DNA of 63,311 bases from a virus (Duplodnaviria; Caudoviricetes): the IMG/VR virus record IMGVR_UViG_3300037742_000095, positions 1-63,311 of that record. One strand, given 5' to 3'. The notes below the pieces were generated by a model. It saw nothing but the letters and a program-made list of their open reading frames with translations, made no database searches and was not told where the DNA came from. A program made the translations under genes and the position numbers. Numbering within the stretch: position 1 is the first letter of the stretch; the number at the start of each line of letters is the position of its first letter. Of the stretch, positions 46,819 to 55,913 are shown one piece after another.

Positions 46819-47001
46819 ATGGTCTCATCAGCTGGCGGCAGGAAGGGCTACGTCTCGCGCAACCGGCACCGGGCCTACAAGGCGTTGCGGCGCAAGGGGA
46901 TGAGCAAGAGCAGCTCGGCCAGGATCGCCAACGCGGGCCGGACGGCGGCCGGACGCTCCCGGATGGCTAGGAAAGCTGCTAGGGCTCGGCGCGGACATTA
47001 G
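46819..47001 (+). CDS. Small basic protein
   Basis: RBS AGGAGGT; YKALRRKGMSKSSSARIAN. Confidence 0.65.
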   Translation: MVSSAGGRKGYVSRNRHRAYKALRRKGMSKSSSARIANAGRTAAGRSRMARKAARARRGH

Positions 47002-47449
47002 CTCGATGACGGCGGCTAGCCTCACGTCGGCAGATGAAGCACTCTCGACGGTTCGGTCGGTCTGGGCGCCGATAGGTGTTTTCCGGTGTGAAGGTGTGGC
47101 CTTGACTGCATTCGTTTTTGTTGCGCTGCCAGCCGCCCACATCAGCACGGGCCAGGTTCTCGGCCCGCGTGGTGGGTTCTAGGTGGCTAGGCCGAACACA
47201 ATGCCGGTTCGTGCAGCCTCGGGTCTTCACGTGATCCAGATCCAGCCCATCAGGTATCGGGCCTACCTCCAGTTCATAGACAATCCTGTGGGCTGCCTCG
47301 GACGGGTCGCCATGGTGCTTACGGAAACGGGCGTACCCGTTTTTTGCGATGTGACCAGTCCACAGCCAGCATTGATTGCCAGGCGCCTTGCGGATCTTGG
47401 CCCACAGCCGAGGCTCCCAGGGCGTTCTCTTCGGTGGCATGGCACACAT
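46979..47449 (-). CDS. HNH homing endonuclease
   Basis: CWLWTG, AHRIVYEL, DH...CTNRHCVRPSHLE. Confidence 0.88.
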   Translation of the reverse strand: MCAMPPKRTPWEPRLWAKIRKAPGNQCWLWTGHIAKNGYARFRKHHGDPSEAAHRIVYELEVGPIPDGLDLDHVKTRGCTNRHCVRPSHLEPTTRAENLARADVGGWQRNKNECSQGHTFTPENTYRRPDRPNRRECFICRREASRRHRANVRAEP

Positions 47450-47545
47450 GCTACTACGATAAAAGCTGCTCGCACGCGAGGTTGACCGATCCATCCTTGT
47501 AGCTGTTACTGTAAAGTGACGGATACAAGGGGAGGGAGAAGGCTG

Positions 47546-48448
47546 GTGGCCGACTGGATACTGGTGCCCTGCCTGGTCGAACTTCGCAACGAGTTCAACG
47601 AGATCGCGCCCGGCCGGGACAAGGCCAGCGACGGCTCGATCGGGGACCCGGCGCACCAGAACACGATTTCCGACCACAACCCCGATGAGATCGGTACGGT
47701 TCCGATCCGTGACGCGGACTCCAGGAACGAGGTCCACGCGATCGACGTGGACATCGATCTGCGTCTGCCCGGCCTCTCGATGGAAGAGGTCGTTCAGTTC
47801 ATCCTGAAGCGGTGCCGGTCCGGCGCTGAGAAGCGTCTCCGGTACATCATCTACAACCGGCGGATCTGGTCCGCTTCAAGCGACTGGGTGCAGAAGCCCT
47901 ACTCGGGCGCCAACGCACACGACAAGCACGCACACTTCAGCGCGAGCTATGACACTGCACGCGAGGCGTCCACCGCCTCATGGCATCTGGAGGATCTTGT
48001 GGTACTGACTGACGCCGAGATCGAGAAGATCGCGAAGCGGACCAAGGAGCTGGTCTGGAACCACGAGGAGCCAAACCCGTACGACGACGGCGCCACCAAG
48101 CGCCGCATGGGTGGCGACCTGCGGATGATGGAGTACCGCGACGACAAGCGCGCCGAGGCCACCAACATTCACCGGCTGGACAATCAGGTCATCCCGATGT
48201 TGCGCGAGGTCCTGGCGGGCCAGGTGGCGATCGCGGGCAAGGTCGAAGCACTCGACGTCATCGACGAGCAGGACCGGGCCGCGATCGCCGCGCTGGTGCT
48301 GGCCGGTCTGCCGACCGAGGCCATCGCGGCGGCCCTGGCCGTTGCCCTGCCCCCTGAGCTGGCTCAGGAAGTGGTCGCACATCTGCTGCGCGAGATCAAC
48401 CGGATCACCTCCCCTTCAGCCGGGGAGCAGGAAGGGGAACCGCAGTGA
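47546..48448 (+). CDS. Endolysin (Zn peptidase, M15-like)
   Basis: SDGSIGD..H...SDHNPD, HAIDVD, YIIYNRRIW, HDKHAHFS; followed by holin. Confidence 0.8.
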   Translation: MADWILVPCLVELRNEFNEIAPGRDKASDGSIGDPAHQNTISDHNPDEIGTVPIRDADSRNEVHAIDVDIDLRLPGLSMEEVVQFILKRCRSGAEKRLRYIIYNRRIWSASSDWVQKPYSGANAHDKHAHFSASYDTAREASTASWHLEDLVVLTDAEIEKIAKRTKELVWNHEEPNPYDDGATKRRMGGDLRMMEYRDDKRAEATNIHRLDNQVIPMLREVLAGQVAIAGKVEALDVIDEQDRAAIAALVLAGLPTEAIAAALAVALPPELAQEVVAHLLREINRITSPSAGEQEGEPQ

Positions 48449-48804
48449 AGATCTTCGGACGCGAGCCCGCCCTCTGGCTGGGTCTCATCGGCGCCGTGCT
48501 GATCTGGGTGGTAACGCTCGGGCTGGACTGGCTCAACGCCGGGCAGTCGACGGCCATCATGACGTTCCTGACCGGTCTGATTATCGCGATCATGACCCGG
48601 CCCTGGGCCCCGGCGCTGTTCACCGGCGTCCTGTCCGCACTGGCCGCCGTGTTCGCCGAGTACGGGCTGCACTGGTCGGACGCCAGTGTCGCCGGTCTGG
48701 GCGGCATCATCCTGGCCGGGTTCGCACTGTTCGGCATCCGGCCGCAGGTCACGCCCAAGGCCGACCAGGCTCCTATCTCTCCGGCCAACGGTCAGATACG
48801 CTGA
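48445..48804 (+). CDS. Holin
   Basis: IFGREPA start, four TM segments, RPQVTP. Confidence 0.8.
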   Translation: MKIFGREPALWLGLIGAVLIWVVTLGLDWLNAGQSTAIMTFLTGLIIAIMTRPWAPALFTGVLSALAAVFAEYGLHWSDASVAGLGGIILAGFALFGIRPQVTPKADQAPISPANGQIR

Positions 48805-48902
48805 TCCGGCTCGTTCGAACTGCATGATGCCGATAGCGCAAGGCCCCGCACAGCGATGTGCGGGGCCTTGTTGCGCTGCGGGGATCGAGTACGGGCTGAA
48901 AC

Positions 48903-49211
48903 TCAGTACGGACCGGGCTTGTGCATTCGGCGCCGCAGGTAGTCATCATCGTCCAGAGCGCTCTCCAGCTGGGCGTTGGCACGCTGGATCGCGATCCTCG
49001 CAGCCCGGCTGGCCAGGCTGATGGTGAACCAGAACGCCATCGAGGCACTCACCACCTCTCGCGCCCAGTCGCCGGTTTCCCCGATCAGGATCCAGAGCGC
49101 CACCAGCAGCATGATCACGGCGCCAGCCAGCGCGGTCCAGGCTTCCCAGGCCGACGGAACGGTGGGCTCCAGCTCGTAATCCGAGCTATCCTCGTCGTGA
49201 CGATTGGTCAT
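48903..49211 (-). CDS. Two-TM membrane protein
   Basis: Hydrophobic segments. Confidence 0.6.
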   Translation of the reverse strand: MTNRHDEDSSDYELEPTVPSAWEAWTALAGAVIMLLVALWILIGETGDWAREVVSASMAFWFTISLASRAARIAIQRANAQLESALDDDDYLRRRMHKPGPY

Positions 49212-49285
49212 CGTTTCTAACCCTTCCTGTTCGAGACGTGGTCCGGTTCCTGATGGAGCCGGACCGCTGTCGTTGCGATTGACTG

Positions 49286-49564
49286 TCAGTCGGTGTTGCA
49301 ACCGACCAGGAACTCATGGTCGACCGCCGGGTTGCCGACCACCGAGCTGGGGTCGACCCCCTGGACCTGTGCCACGTGCGAGTCCACGTGTGCTCGGGCA
49401 TCTTCCACTGCCCTGCCCTGGGACCAGCGGTGCATCGGCCAGCCGCACTCGGTACAGCAACCACGCCAGCCCTGGGCCAGCGACCGGGGGTCGTCCGGTC
49501 CGATGTACTCCAGGACGATTCCGATGGCCGGGTCGATGTCGTGCTGGATGACGATCTTTGCCAT
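49286..49564 (-). CDS. Hypothetical C2H2-like Zn protein
   Basis: CTECG...HVDSH; downstream of promoter 49600-49629. Confidence 0.6.
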   Translation of the reverse strand: MAKIVIQHDIDPAIGIVLEYIGPDDPRSLAQGWRGCCTECGWPMHRWSQGRAVEDARAHVDSHVAQVQGVDPSSVVGNPAVDHEFLVGCNTD

Positions 49565-49599
49565 GCTCACTCCCCGATCGGTGATGTTTTCCTGTTGCC

Positions 49600-49629
49600 A
49601 CCTTACCGGCATGACTGCTACGTTGGCAA
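49600..49629 (-). promoter_or_regulatory. Phage promoter motif copy
   Basis: TTGCCA-ACGTAGCAGTCATGCCGG-TAAGGT. Confidence 0.7.
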
Positions 49630-49667
49630 CCGGCCCGGACCGACCGGGTCCGGAAGGGGAGCAGGAG

Positions 49668-49901
49668 ATGGCAGCCGAGCTGTCGTACACCGGGCACGCC
49701 CTGGACCACCGGGAGACCGTAGAAGCGCTGACCAGCGCCATGCAGGCCGTGACCACGGATGAGCTGGAGCTGGCTGCCGACACGGCAGCTGAACTGGCCC
49801 GGGCAGGTTTCACGCTGGTCCGCATCGAGGAGACGGCCGGGCTGACCAGGCCCGGGATGGAGGCTGCGACCGGATGGTTCAGCCGGACGGAGGACATATG
49901 A
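49668..49901 (+). CDS. Hypothetical protein
   Basis: RBS-like GGGGAG; stop overlaps next start. Confidence 0.5.
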   Translation: MAAELSYTGHALDHRETVEALTSAMQAVTTDELELAADTAAELARAGFTLVRIEETAGLTRPGMEAATGWFSRTEDI

Positions 49902-50248
49902 AAGCCAAGGTCGTCAGGGACATGAGCAGGCGTGAGATCGCCATCGAGGTGACCGGCGCGCCGCACCTGGACGTCACCGAGAGCTGGCAGACGCGCACCA
50001 GGAAGATCGAGCCGGACAAGGCGGTCGTGGTGCTCATCGATGGCGAGTTCCACACGATCACGGTCAAGGGCTACCAGGTCAACAAGAGCGGTGCGATCAG
50101 CCCCAGCCAGCGTGGCGAGTGGGTGTACCGCCAGGATCCGAGGTACAGCCGGGCCGAGCGGCTGGAGTTGGCGCCCGACTGGGTGCAGGAGGTCGCCCGG
50201 GAATCTCCCCGGGAGGTCATCAGCTGGAACTGGCCGGAGCAGCTGTGA
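49898..50248 (+). CDS. Hypothetical protein
   Basis: RBS GGAGG. Confidence 0.6.
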   Translation: MKAKVVRDMSRREIAIEVTGAPHLDVTESWQTRTRKIEPDKAVVVLIDGEFHTITVKGYQVNKSGAISPSQRGEWVYRQDPRYSRAERLELAPDWVQEVARESPREVISWNWPEQL

Positions 50249-50457
50249 ACCGCACCGATCGCTGGTGGCACGTACTGAGCCAGGATGACGCGCTGTGGGC
50301 CCGGCAGCTGTACCGCGAAGGCATGACCGTGAGCCAGCTGGCCGCTCATTTCAAGGTGGCCACGTCCACGATCAGCGGGATCATCCGGGGCCGGGCCCGG
50401 CCGGTGCTCGGCCTGCCGAACATCTCGCGCGGCCGGGGACGCCCCCCGAAAGTCTGA
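50245..50457 (+). CDS. HTH DNA-binding protein
   Basis: GMTVSQLAAHFKVATSTISGIIRG. Confidence 0.7.
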   Translation: MNRTDRWWHVLSQDDALWARQLYREGMTVSQLAAHFKVATSTISGIIRGRARPVLGLPNISRGRGRPPKV

Positions 50458-50486
50458 TAGACACCTCCCCGTCATGACGGTAAAGT
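50458..50486 (+). promoter_or_regulatory. Phage promoter motif copy
   Basis: TAGACA-CCTCCCCGTCATGACGG-TAAAGT, followed by an inverted half copy. Confidence 0.7.
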
Positions 50487-50527
50487 AGAAGTCATGCCGG
50501 GGAGGTACTCCGGCGGGGAAGGACGAG

Positions 50528-50686
50528 ATGGCAGCGAGCAAGGGCACCAACGACGGTCAGGGCAGCAGCGGCAACGCGGGCCGGGGTTCCGGTCACGGGG
50601 GCCACGGCAGGCCCGGCGGGACGCGCCCGAACAGTGGCGGCACCGCTGGTGGCCGGGGCAATGCCGGTGGCGGGGCCAAGAACTGA
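50528..50686 (+). CDS. 52-aa Gly-rich peptide
   Basis: MAASKGTNDGQGSSGNAGRGSGHGGHG...; RBS GAAGGA. Confidence 0.5.
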   Translation: MAASKGTNDGQGSSGNAGRGSGHGGHGRPGGTRPNSGGTAGGRGNAGGGAKN

Positions 50687-50989
50687 TGATCCCGGGCACC
50701 GGGCCCGGCCGGGGCGTGCCGTGGTGGAGAAGGTTCAGCCTGATCCGCGTGCGGTACGTCCCGGGCTACCGGGGAAGTGAGCCGATCGGTCAGGTCCGTG
50801 AGGGCCGACTGATCGTGCGGTCATGAGGTTCCAGTGGTCGGACCGGCGGCACTGGGTCCTGGAGATCGGCCGGATCGAGATCTGCCGCTGGGGCCGGATG
50901 CATGTCCGGTTCTGGCGCCCGGCGTGGGCCCGGCGTTACGACAGCCCGCCGGTGAACAAGGTCGAGGAGTGATCCAGGCGTAGATCCAT

Positions 50990-51018
50990 TTGACACTTGC
51001 CTGTCATGACGGCAATGT
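50990..51018 (+). promoter_or_regulatory. Phage promoter motif copy
   Basis: TTGACA-CTTGCCTGTCATGACGG-CAATGT. Confidence 0.7.
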
Positions 51019-51062
51019 GCAGGGCTTCCGGCTGGGGCCGGGAGCGGACAAGGGGAGAGGAC

Positions 51063-51542
51063 ATGACGGACGAAGGACCGGCCGACTTACCCGCCGACGG
51101 CGAGGGCCACGACCTGCCGGGCCCGATCAGTGACCCGATCAGGGCTGGTGAGATACCGGCGCCGACTGAATACAGCAGGCCGCCCCAGCTGGACGAGACT
51201 CCGGAACCCTGGGCTTTCAGGGGTAGTGGTCATGGCATGGGCGCCGGAGCGACACGCGGTCGCGACGGCACCATCCCCACCGTGGCCAGCGGTACCGACC
51301 TGCCCCGGGACAGGCACATCGCGGCAGCGGCCCGGCTGGAGCAGGCTCTGGCCGCTGCCGAGCAGCGTTACGTCTCGGCGGCCGACGCGATCTTTGCGGC
51401 CATCGAACAGTTCGGTGAGCTGGGCCGGTATGACGCCGGTCTGCTGGCCTGGCTGGAGACGGAGCAGAAGAACCTGCGTGACCGGATCTTCATGATCCGT
51501 GGCGCGCTGAAGAACGTTCGCGATCATCTGGGGAGGTTGTGA
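51063..51542 (+). CDS. Helical hypothetical protein
   Basis: RBS GGAGAGG; first of six closely spaced genes. Confidence 0.6.
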   Translation: MTDEGPADLPADGEGHDLPGPISDPIRAGEIPAPTEYSRPPQLDETPEPWAFRGSGHGMGAGATRGRDGTIPTVASGTDLPRDRHIAAAARLEQALAAAEQRYVSAADAIFAAIEQFGELGRYDAGLLAWLETEQKNLRDRIFMIRGALKNVRDHLGRL

Positions 51543-51790
51543 TGGACCCTCGCGCACAGCACATCGAGGACGCCCAGCGTCTGGAGACCGCCCTGGCCGA
51601 ACTGCGTGACGCCTACCGGATCGCGGCGAAGAAGGTGGTCGTGGCCTGGGACGCGGCCATGCAGCTGGGACCCCGCACCCTGCCCGGCATCACCTGGCTG
51701 GCCGACGAGTACGGCAACGAGGCGGAGAGCCGGGTCGTCCAGGCGGAACAGGCGCGTGCCCGGGCACAGGCGCACAAGGAGAGTTTGTAG
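51542..51790 (+). CDS. Small helical protein
   Basis: RBS GGAGG. Confidence 0.6.
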   Translation: MDPRAQHIEDAQRLETALAELRDAYRIAAKKVVVAWDAAMQLGPRTLPGITWLADEYGNEAESRVVQAEQARARAQAHKESL

Positions 51791-52045
51791 ATGGATCCGA
51801 AGACTGAGCACCTGCTGGCCGTGACCGCGCTTCAGTCCGCGCTGGAGCGGGTGCACGGCTCGGCGGAGCAGCTGGAGATGGCGCTCGATGACTGCGTGAT
51901 CCTGCTGCCCCATGCACTCGGCGACCCGCCCGCGCTGCCGTCGGTCAGCCAGTGGGTGATCGAGGAGTCGCTGACCGCCGGTCCTCGCATCCGGACGGCC
52001 GCCGATAACAAGGAGAAGGTGTTGACCTACCTGGAGATGCTGTGA
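51791..52045 (+). CDS. Small helical protein
   Basis: RBS AAGGAG. Confidence 0.6.
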   Translation: MDPKTEHLLAVTALQSALERVHGSAEQLEMALDDCVILLPHALGDPPALPSVSQWVIEESLTAGPRIRTAADNKEKVLTYLEML

Positions 52046-52311
52046 GCTGGGCCAAGCACGTCGCGGCGGCCCGGGTGCTGAAACGGGAGCTGGAGACGTT
52101 GAACGGGCTCCTGCTCCCCGTCAGGGAACAGACCCGGGTGGTCCACCGGGCAGCTCTGAAGGTCATCGGGAAGCAGCCCTCGGACACCGAGATCGAACCG
52201 GCCCGGATGATCCGGCTCTGGACCGCGGACAACGTGAATACGGTTCAGGCCCTGATCCAGGGCGTTGACCACATCAACGAGAAGGTCGACGCGTTCTTGC
52301 GTCGGCTGTGA
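52042..52311 (+). CDS. Small helical protein
   Basis: GTGA overlap. Confidence 0.6.
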   Translation: MSWAKHVAAARVLKRELETLNGLLLPVREQTRVVHRAALKVIGKQPSDTEIEPARMIRLWTADNVNTVQALIQGVDHINEKVDAFLRRL

Positions 52312-52329
52312 CAAGGGGAGGGAGTAGTC

Positions 52330-52620
52330 ATGTCGTACGAAGCGCATTACGCGGCAGTGGACGCGGCTATTGAAAAATTGAAGGAGGTGGGTCAGGCACT
52401 GACAGCGGCCCGTGAGAAGGCGGCCGACGCGCTTTCGGCGGTGACCTCTGCCGTCGGCAGCGAACCGGCGGACGGCCCCGGCCGCGATGCACTGGTCAAT
52501 ACGGTGCTGATCGGCGGTGCCGCCGAGGGCCCGATCGCGGTTGCCGAGCAGGGTGTGGCCGCCACCATCGAGCACCTGCGCAGCTACCGGGCGCGCTGGG
52601 CGGGTCGAGGCGGTAAATGA
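52330..52620 (+). CDS. Small helical-hairpin protein
   Basis: RBS GGGAG. Confidence 0.65.
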   Translation: MSYEAHYAAVDAAIEKLKEVGQALTAAREKAADALSAVTSAVGSEPADGPGRDALVNTVLIGGAAEGPIAVAEQGVAATIEHLRSYRARWAGRGGK

Positions 52621-52931
52621 CGTCGTTCTTCCCTTGGCAGGAGCAGCCGGACGGACCCGGTTCGAGCGCGCCCGAGAATCCACGTGACAAGCACTGGCAC
52701 CGGTGTCAGCGGGTCTGGGCGGGTGTCCGGGGTTACCGCGATTTTGCCGAGGCGAAGAAGGACGAGTTCGAGCGTCTGTCGGACGCGATCCATCGGCAGT
52801 TCGGCGAGGAGCACGAGCTGGCGGTGCAGGCCTCGCAGTGTGTCGCCGAGGCCGGGCGGCTGATGGCCCAGGCGTACCAGCTGATGGGTATTGCCGACAG
52901 CAACCTCGAACAGGTGATGAAGAGGATCTGA
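52617..52931 (+). CDS. Small helical protein
   Basis: ATGA overlap. Confidence 0.6.
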   Translation: MTSFFPWQEQPDGPGSSAPENPRDKHWHRCQRVWAGVRGYRDFAEAKKDEFERLSDAIHRQFGEEHELAVQASQCVAEAGRLMAQAYQLMGIADSNLEQVMKRI

Positions 52932-52969
52932 CCAGGGGCCCGGGGGTGAAGACCTCCGGGCCTCTGCCG

Positions 52970-52999
52970 TTGACAACCTCCCAGGCATGGCGGTAAAGT
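52970..52999 (+). promoter_or_regulatory. Phage promoter motif copy
   Basis: TTGACA-ACCTCCCAGGCATGGCGG-TAAAGT. Confidence 0.78.
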
Positions 53000-53030
53000 G
53001 GACCTCCAGGAACCAGGGGAAGGAGACGCG

Positions 53031-53264
53031 ATGAGCGCTACCTACATGAGGCAGTGCACCGGGAAGAACCGGCACGAGACTCAGGCAGGTGCGAGTGGTC
53101 AGCGGGCCTCGCTGGCAGCTGCCAGGAACCTGCCGGTATCGACCTGGCACGTCTATTCGTGCGAGCAGTGCCTGGGATACCACGTCGGCCGCAACAAGCG
53201 GGTGCTGGTCACCCGGCGCCGTCGATCGGGCAAGCGGGCGAACAAGAGAATGAGAGGGCGCTGA
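53031..53264 (+). CDS. Small Zn-binding phage protein
   Basis: CTGK.RH...VYSCEQCLGYHVG. Confidence 0.7.
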   Translation: MSATYMRQCTGKNRHETQAGASGQRASLAAARNLPVSTWHVYSCEQCLGYHVGRNKRVLVTRRRRSGKRANKRMRGR

Positions 53265-53265
53265 G

Positions 53266-53772
53266 ATGACCGCTTCGGAAATCGCAACGACTTCGTCGTT
53301 GATCCTAACGGCCGTGTCAAGCGGGACCGGTGAGAAGGTCCCCTCGGGAATCGCAACGACTCCGTCGTTGATCCTAACGGGCCTGTCAAGCGCAGCGACC
53401 GAGGGGACCACGCAGAAGGTCCCCGCGCGACGCGGAACCAGCAACGGCAACGCCCGGGGAGGCAGTGACGCCCGACGGCGACGCCGGGAATGGCTGGTAC
53501 TGACGTATCGGGCCGACAAGGACGTGGTGGTGATCGAGCTGGCCCACGGGCCGTTGATCGTGGATGTGCCGTTGAGCAGCGAGAACGCGCAGCCCGCGTG
53601 CCGGTGCTACCGGTGCGGGCAGCTGCTTACCGTGGACACCGTGACCGTGGACCGGATCATTCCGGGCTGCCAGGGCGGCACCTACGCCCGGAACAACATT
53701 AGGCCCGCATGTAGTACGTGCAATAGCAGCACCGGCGCCACGACCAGGCGAAAGACGGGGAGGAGGTCATGA
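53266..53772 (+). CDS. HNH endonuclease
   Basis: CYRCG...TVDRIIPGCQGGTY..NNIRPACSTCN; start uncertain. Confidence 0.8.
   Translation: MTASEIATTSSLILTAVSSGTGEKVPSGIATTPSLILTGLSSAATEGTTQKVPARRGTSNGNARGGSDARRRRREWLVLTYRADKDVVVIELAHGPLIVDVPLSSENAQPACRCYRCGQLLTVDTVTVDRIIPGCQGGTYARNNIRPACSTCNSSTGATTRRKTGRRS
53275..53424 (+). repeat. Imperfect tandem duplication (about 69 and 81 bp) with internal hairpin
   Basis: AATCGCAACGACTYCGTCGTTGATCCTAACGG...TGTCAAGCG...AGAAGGTCCCC twice. Confidence 0.85.
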
Positions 53773-54059
53773 CCTGGTTGAACAGCAGAGCGGGCATGGA
53801 GCGGCTGGCCGACGTCCAGCGCCGGGACGTCCTGATCAGGACGTCGGCACAAGCGCTCGTGGACTGGCTGGACCTTCAGGTTGACGTGATCGGCACCGGG
53901 GAGGAGCCGGACGGGTTGTGCGACGACCGTGACGATCACCGGCCCCACCTGCACGATTCTCCGACGCTCGGCCGGTTTTGGTGTACGGCCGACCAGGACC
54001 AGCGCGAGCCCTACCGCAGCGAACGGCGCCGCCGTGAGCGTGCCGGGGGACCGTCATGA
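53769..54059 (+). CDS. Hypothetical protein
   Basis: RBS AGGAGG; overlap. Confidence 0.6.
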   Translation: MTWLNSRAGMERLADVQRRDVLIRTSAQALVDWLDLQVDVIGTGEEPDGLCDDRDDHRPHLHDSPTLGRFWCTADQDQREPYRSERRRRERAGGPS

Positions 54060-54286
54060 AGGTCCCCCCGCGTGCCCACACCCAGCCGCGCGGGCTGCGT
54101 GAGCTGCCCAAAGACCTGCGCAACCCGTGTCCGGTTTGCGAGGTCAGCCCTGGCTGGCGCTGCACTAAGACGGTGGCCGGAGTGGCGGTGCCGCGTATGA
54201 CGATCCATCCGGAGAGGAAGAACCCCGGATCTCGGGTTGGTCGTCGTGCGGTCAACTGGCTGACGGAAGACCACGGTGGATCGTGA
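54056..54286 (+). CDS. Phage Zn-finger protein
   Basis: CPVCEVSPGWRC...HPER. Confidence 0.65.
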   Translation: MKVPPRAHTQPRGLRELPKDLRNPCPVCEVSPGWRCTKTVAGVAVPRMTIHPERKNPGSRVGRRAVNWLTEDHGGS

Positions 54287-54569
54287 TGAAGGACTGGAGC
54301 CGGACCCGTCCAGGCCGCAGGCTGCGGCAACGTGTGCTCGACCCGCTCAGCCGCGAGCAGTTCCGGCGGATGGTTCGCGAGGCGTATCCGGTAGTGCTGC
54401 CCGGCCGGGACTCGGGCTGGTGGCAGCGCTGGGGCCATGAGGTGCAGCGATGAGGTGGCTGGCCGTCGCGTTCCTGGTCATCGGCATTGTGCTGGGCCTG
54501 ACGCTGATCTCGGCACTCTGGCTGGGCACCCCGGATCTCGGGTTGGTCGTCGTGCGGTCAGCTGGCTGA
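54222..54569 (+). repeat. 42-bp direct repeat (54222-54263 and 54528-54569, one mismatch)
   Basis: ACCCCGGATCTCGGGTTGGTCGTCGTGCGGTCARCTGGCTGA. Confidence 0.9.
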
Positions 54570-54819
54570 GGTAGGGCTGGGGTCGGCGGTCAACAGGCCG
54601 CTGACCTGGGCTTATTGGGAACGTAAAGTTCCTAATTACGACCTACAAGCTCCTAATGGCTCTCACCAAGCAGCCCTCCAGCAGCGCCCGGACGCCTGCC
54701 GAGAGCGGGCACCGGGGCTCGGTCGCGTATGGGGGACGGATACCCATACCCCCCAGGGGTTCTACTCAACCTCCCAGGTATGCCTACTAAGTTGCCCGGC
54801 CGCCGACCGTCCTAGGATG

Positions 54820-54990
54820 ATGTCGGGGGAGGGGAGGGGAGTACGGGACATGCTCCAGCTCATTCCCTTCAAAAACACAGTGTTCTGTGAACGCATGTGC
54901 GCACATGCGTGCACGCACGCGCGTGTATACGGAGCGCGCGTGAGGAAACATGTCCCCTAGTCGGCCCCGGTCCCCTAGAGAGTGAGGGAC
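54820..54990. other. Origin-like intergenic element
   Basis: GGGACATG/CATGTCCC inverted pair flanking an A-tract and alternating purine-pyrimidine palindromes. Confidence 0.45.
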
Positions 54991-55017
54991 GGGTAAGGGT
55001 CATGTAGGCTGGCTTCT

Positions 55018-55254
55018 ATGCCCTACGTGACGCACGAGGAACTGGAAGATCTCAGACCGGTGTTGGAGCCGCTGCGGTCCGGCCACTACTCGGCCAAGGA
55101 TCTGTACTGGCGGCACAAGAGCGTGATGGAACAGAAGGGCCGCAGGCCGGTGCACCCGGTGCGATTCGGCCAGATCTTGACCGCCTACGGCGCGCTGCGT
55201 AAAGCCAAGTGGGATAGCGAGGAGCGGCGGATGGTCAAGGGGTGGATGATATGA
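55018..55254 (+). CDS. Small winged-helix protein (primase C-terminal-like)
   Basis: SAKDLYWRH...GRRPVHPVRFGQIL...KGW. Confidence 0.6.
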   Translation: MPYVTHEELEDLRPVLEPLRSGHYSAKDLYWRHKSVMEQKGRRPVHPVRFGQILTAYGALRKAKWDSEERRMVKGWMI

Positions 55255-55568
55255 GCCCTCTCCCCGTCACGGCCGCGCCGGTGGCGCTGACCGCCGAGTG
55301 TCTCAAGACTCTGCTGGAAGACATGGGGGCCCAGCCTGGCTGGCACGAGAGCGGTCAGCTGTACCGCTGGTACGTCGGACTCTGCGAGCAGGACGGGTTG
55401 CCGCCGGTCAGCGCCAAGGCGTTTGGAACGAGTCTGAAGCGCCTCGGCTACGCCCCGGCCCGGCGCCGGTTCGGTGGCCAGATCGCCCGGTGCTGGTTCT
55501 TGACCCGCCGGGCGCTCCGGGGCCTGCCACCGTCTGACACTGCACTGTCAACAGGGCAGAAGAGCTGA
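55251..55568 (+). CDS. Small winged-helix protein (P4/D5 primase C-terminal-like)
   Basis: LYRWYVGLCEQDGLPPVSAKAFGTSLKRLGY. Confidence 0.7.
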   Translation: MSPLPVTAAPVALTAECLKTLLEDMGAQPGWHESGQLYRWYVGLCEQDGLPPVSAKAFGTSLKRLGYAPARRRFGGQIARCWFLTRRALRGLPPSDTALSTGQKS

Positions 55569-55589
55569 GATGTCCTCTCTCCCCGTAGG

Positions 55590-55910
55590 ATGGCCAGCAT
55601 GACGATCCCGGTCTGGCTCCAGCTGCTGATCTACGCGCTGGCCGTCGCCCGCGTGACCGGGCTGATCGTGGCCGACTCGATCACCGAGCCCATCCGCGAC
55701 GCGATCACCGCGCGCCTGGACGACCGGCCGCACACCCTGGGCGAGTCGATCGCCACCCTGATCACGTGCCCGTGGTGTGCCGGGATGTGGGTGGCCCTGG
55801 TCGCCGCTCCCCTGGTCTGGTTCTTCGGCGACTCGCCCGTCATGCTGATCCCGGCCCTGGCCCTGGCATTCAGCCAGATCACCGGCATGGTCGCGAGCGT
55901 AGGGAGGTAA
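55590..55910 (+). CDS. DUF1360-like membrane protein
   Basis: ALAVARVTGLIVADSITEPIR...LITCPWCAGMW. Confidence 0.8.
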   Translation: MASMTIPVWLQLLIYALAVARVTGLIVADSITEPIRDAITARLDDRPHTLGESIATLITCPWCAGMWVALVAAPLVWFFGDSPVMLIPALALAFSQITGMVASVGR

Positions 55911-55913
55911 CCG

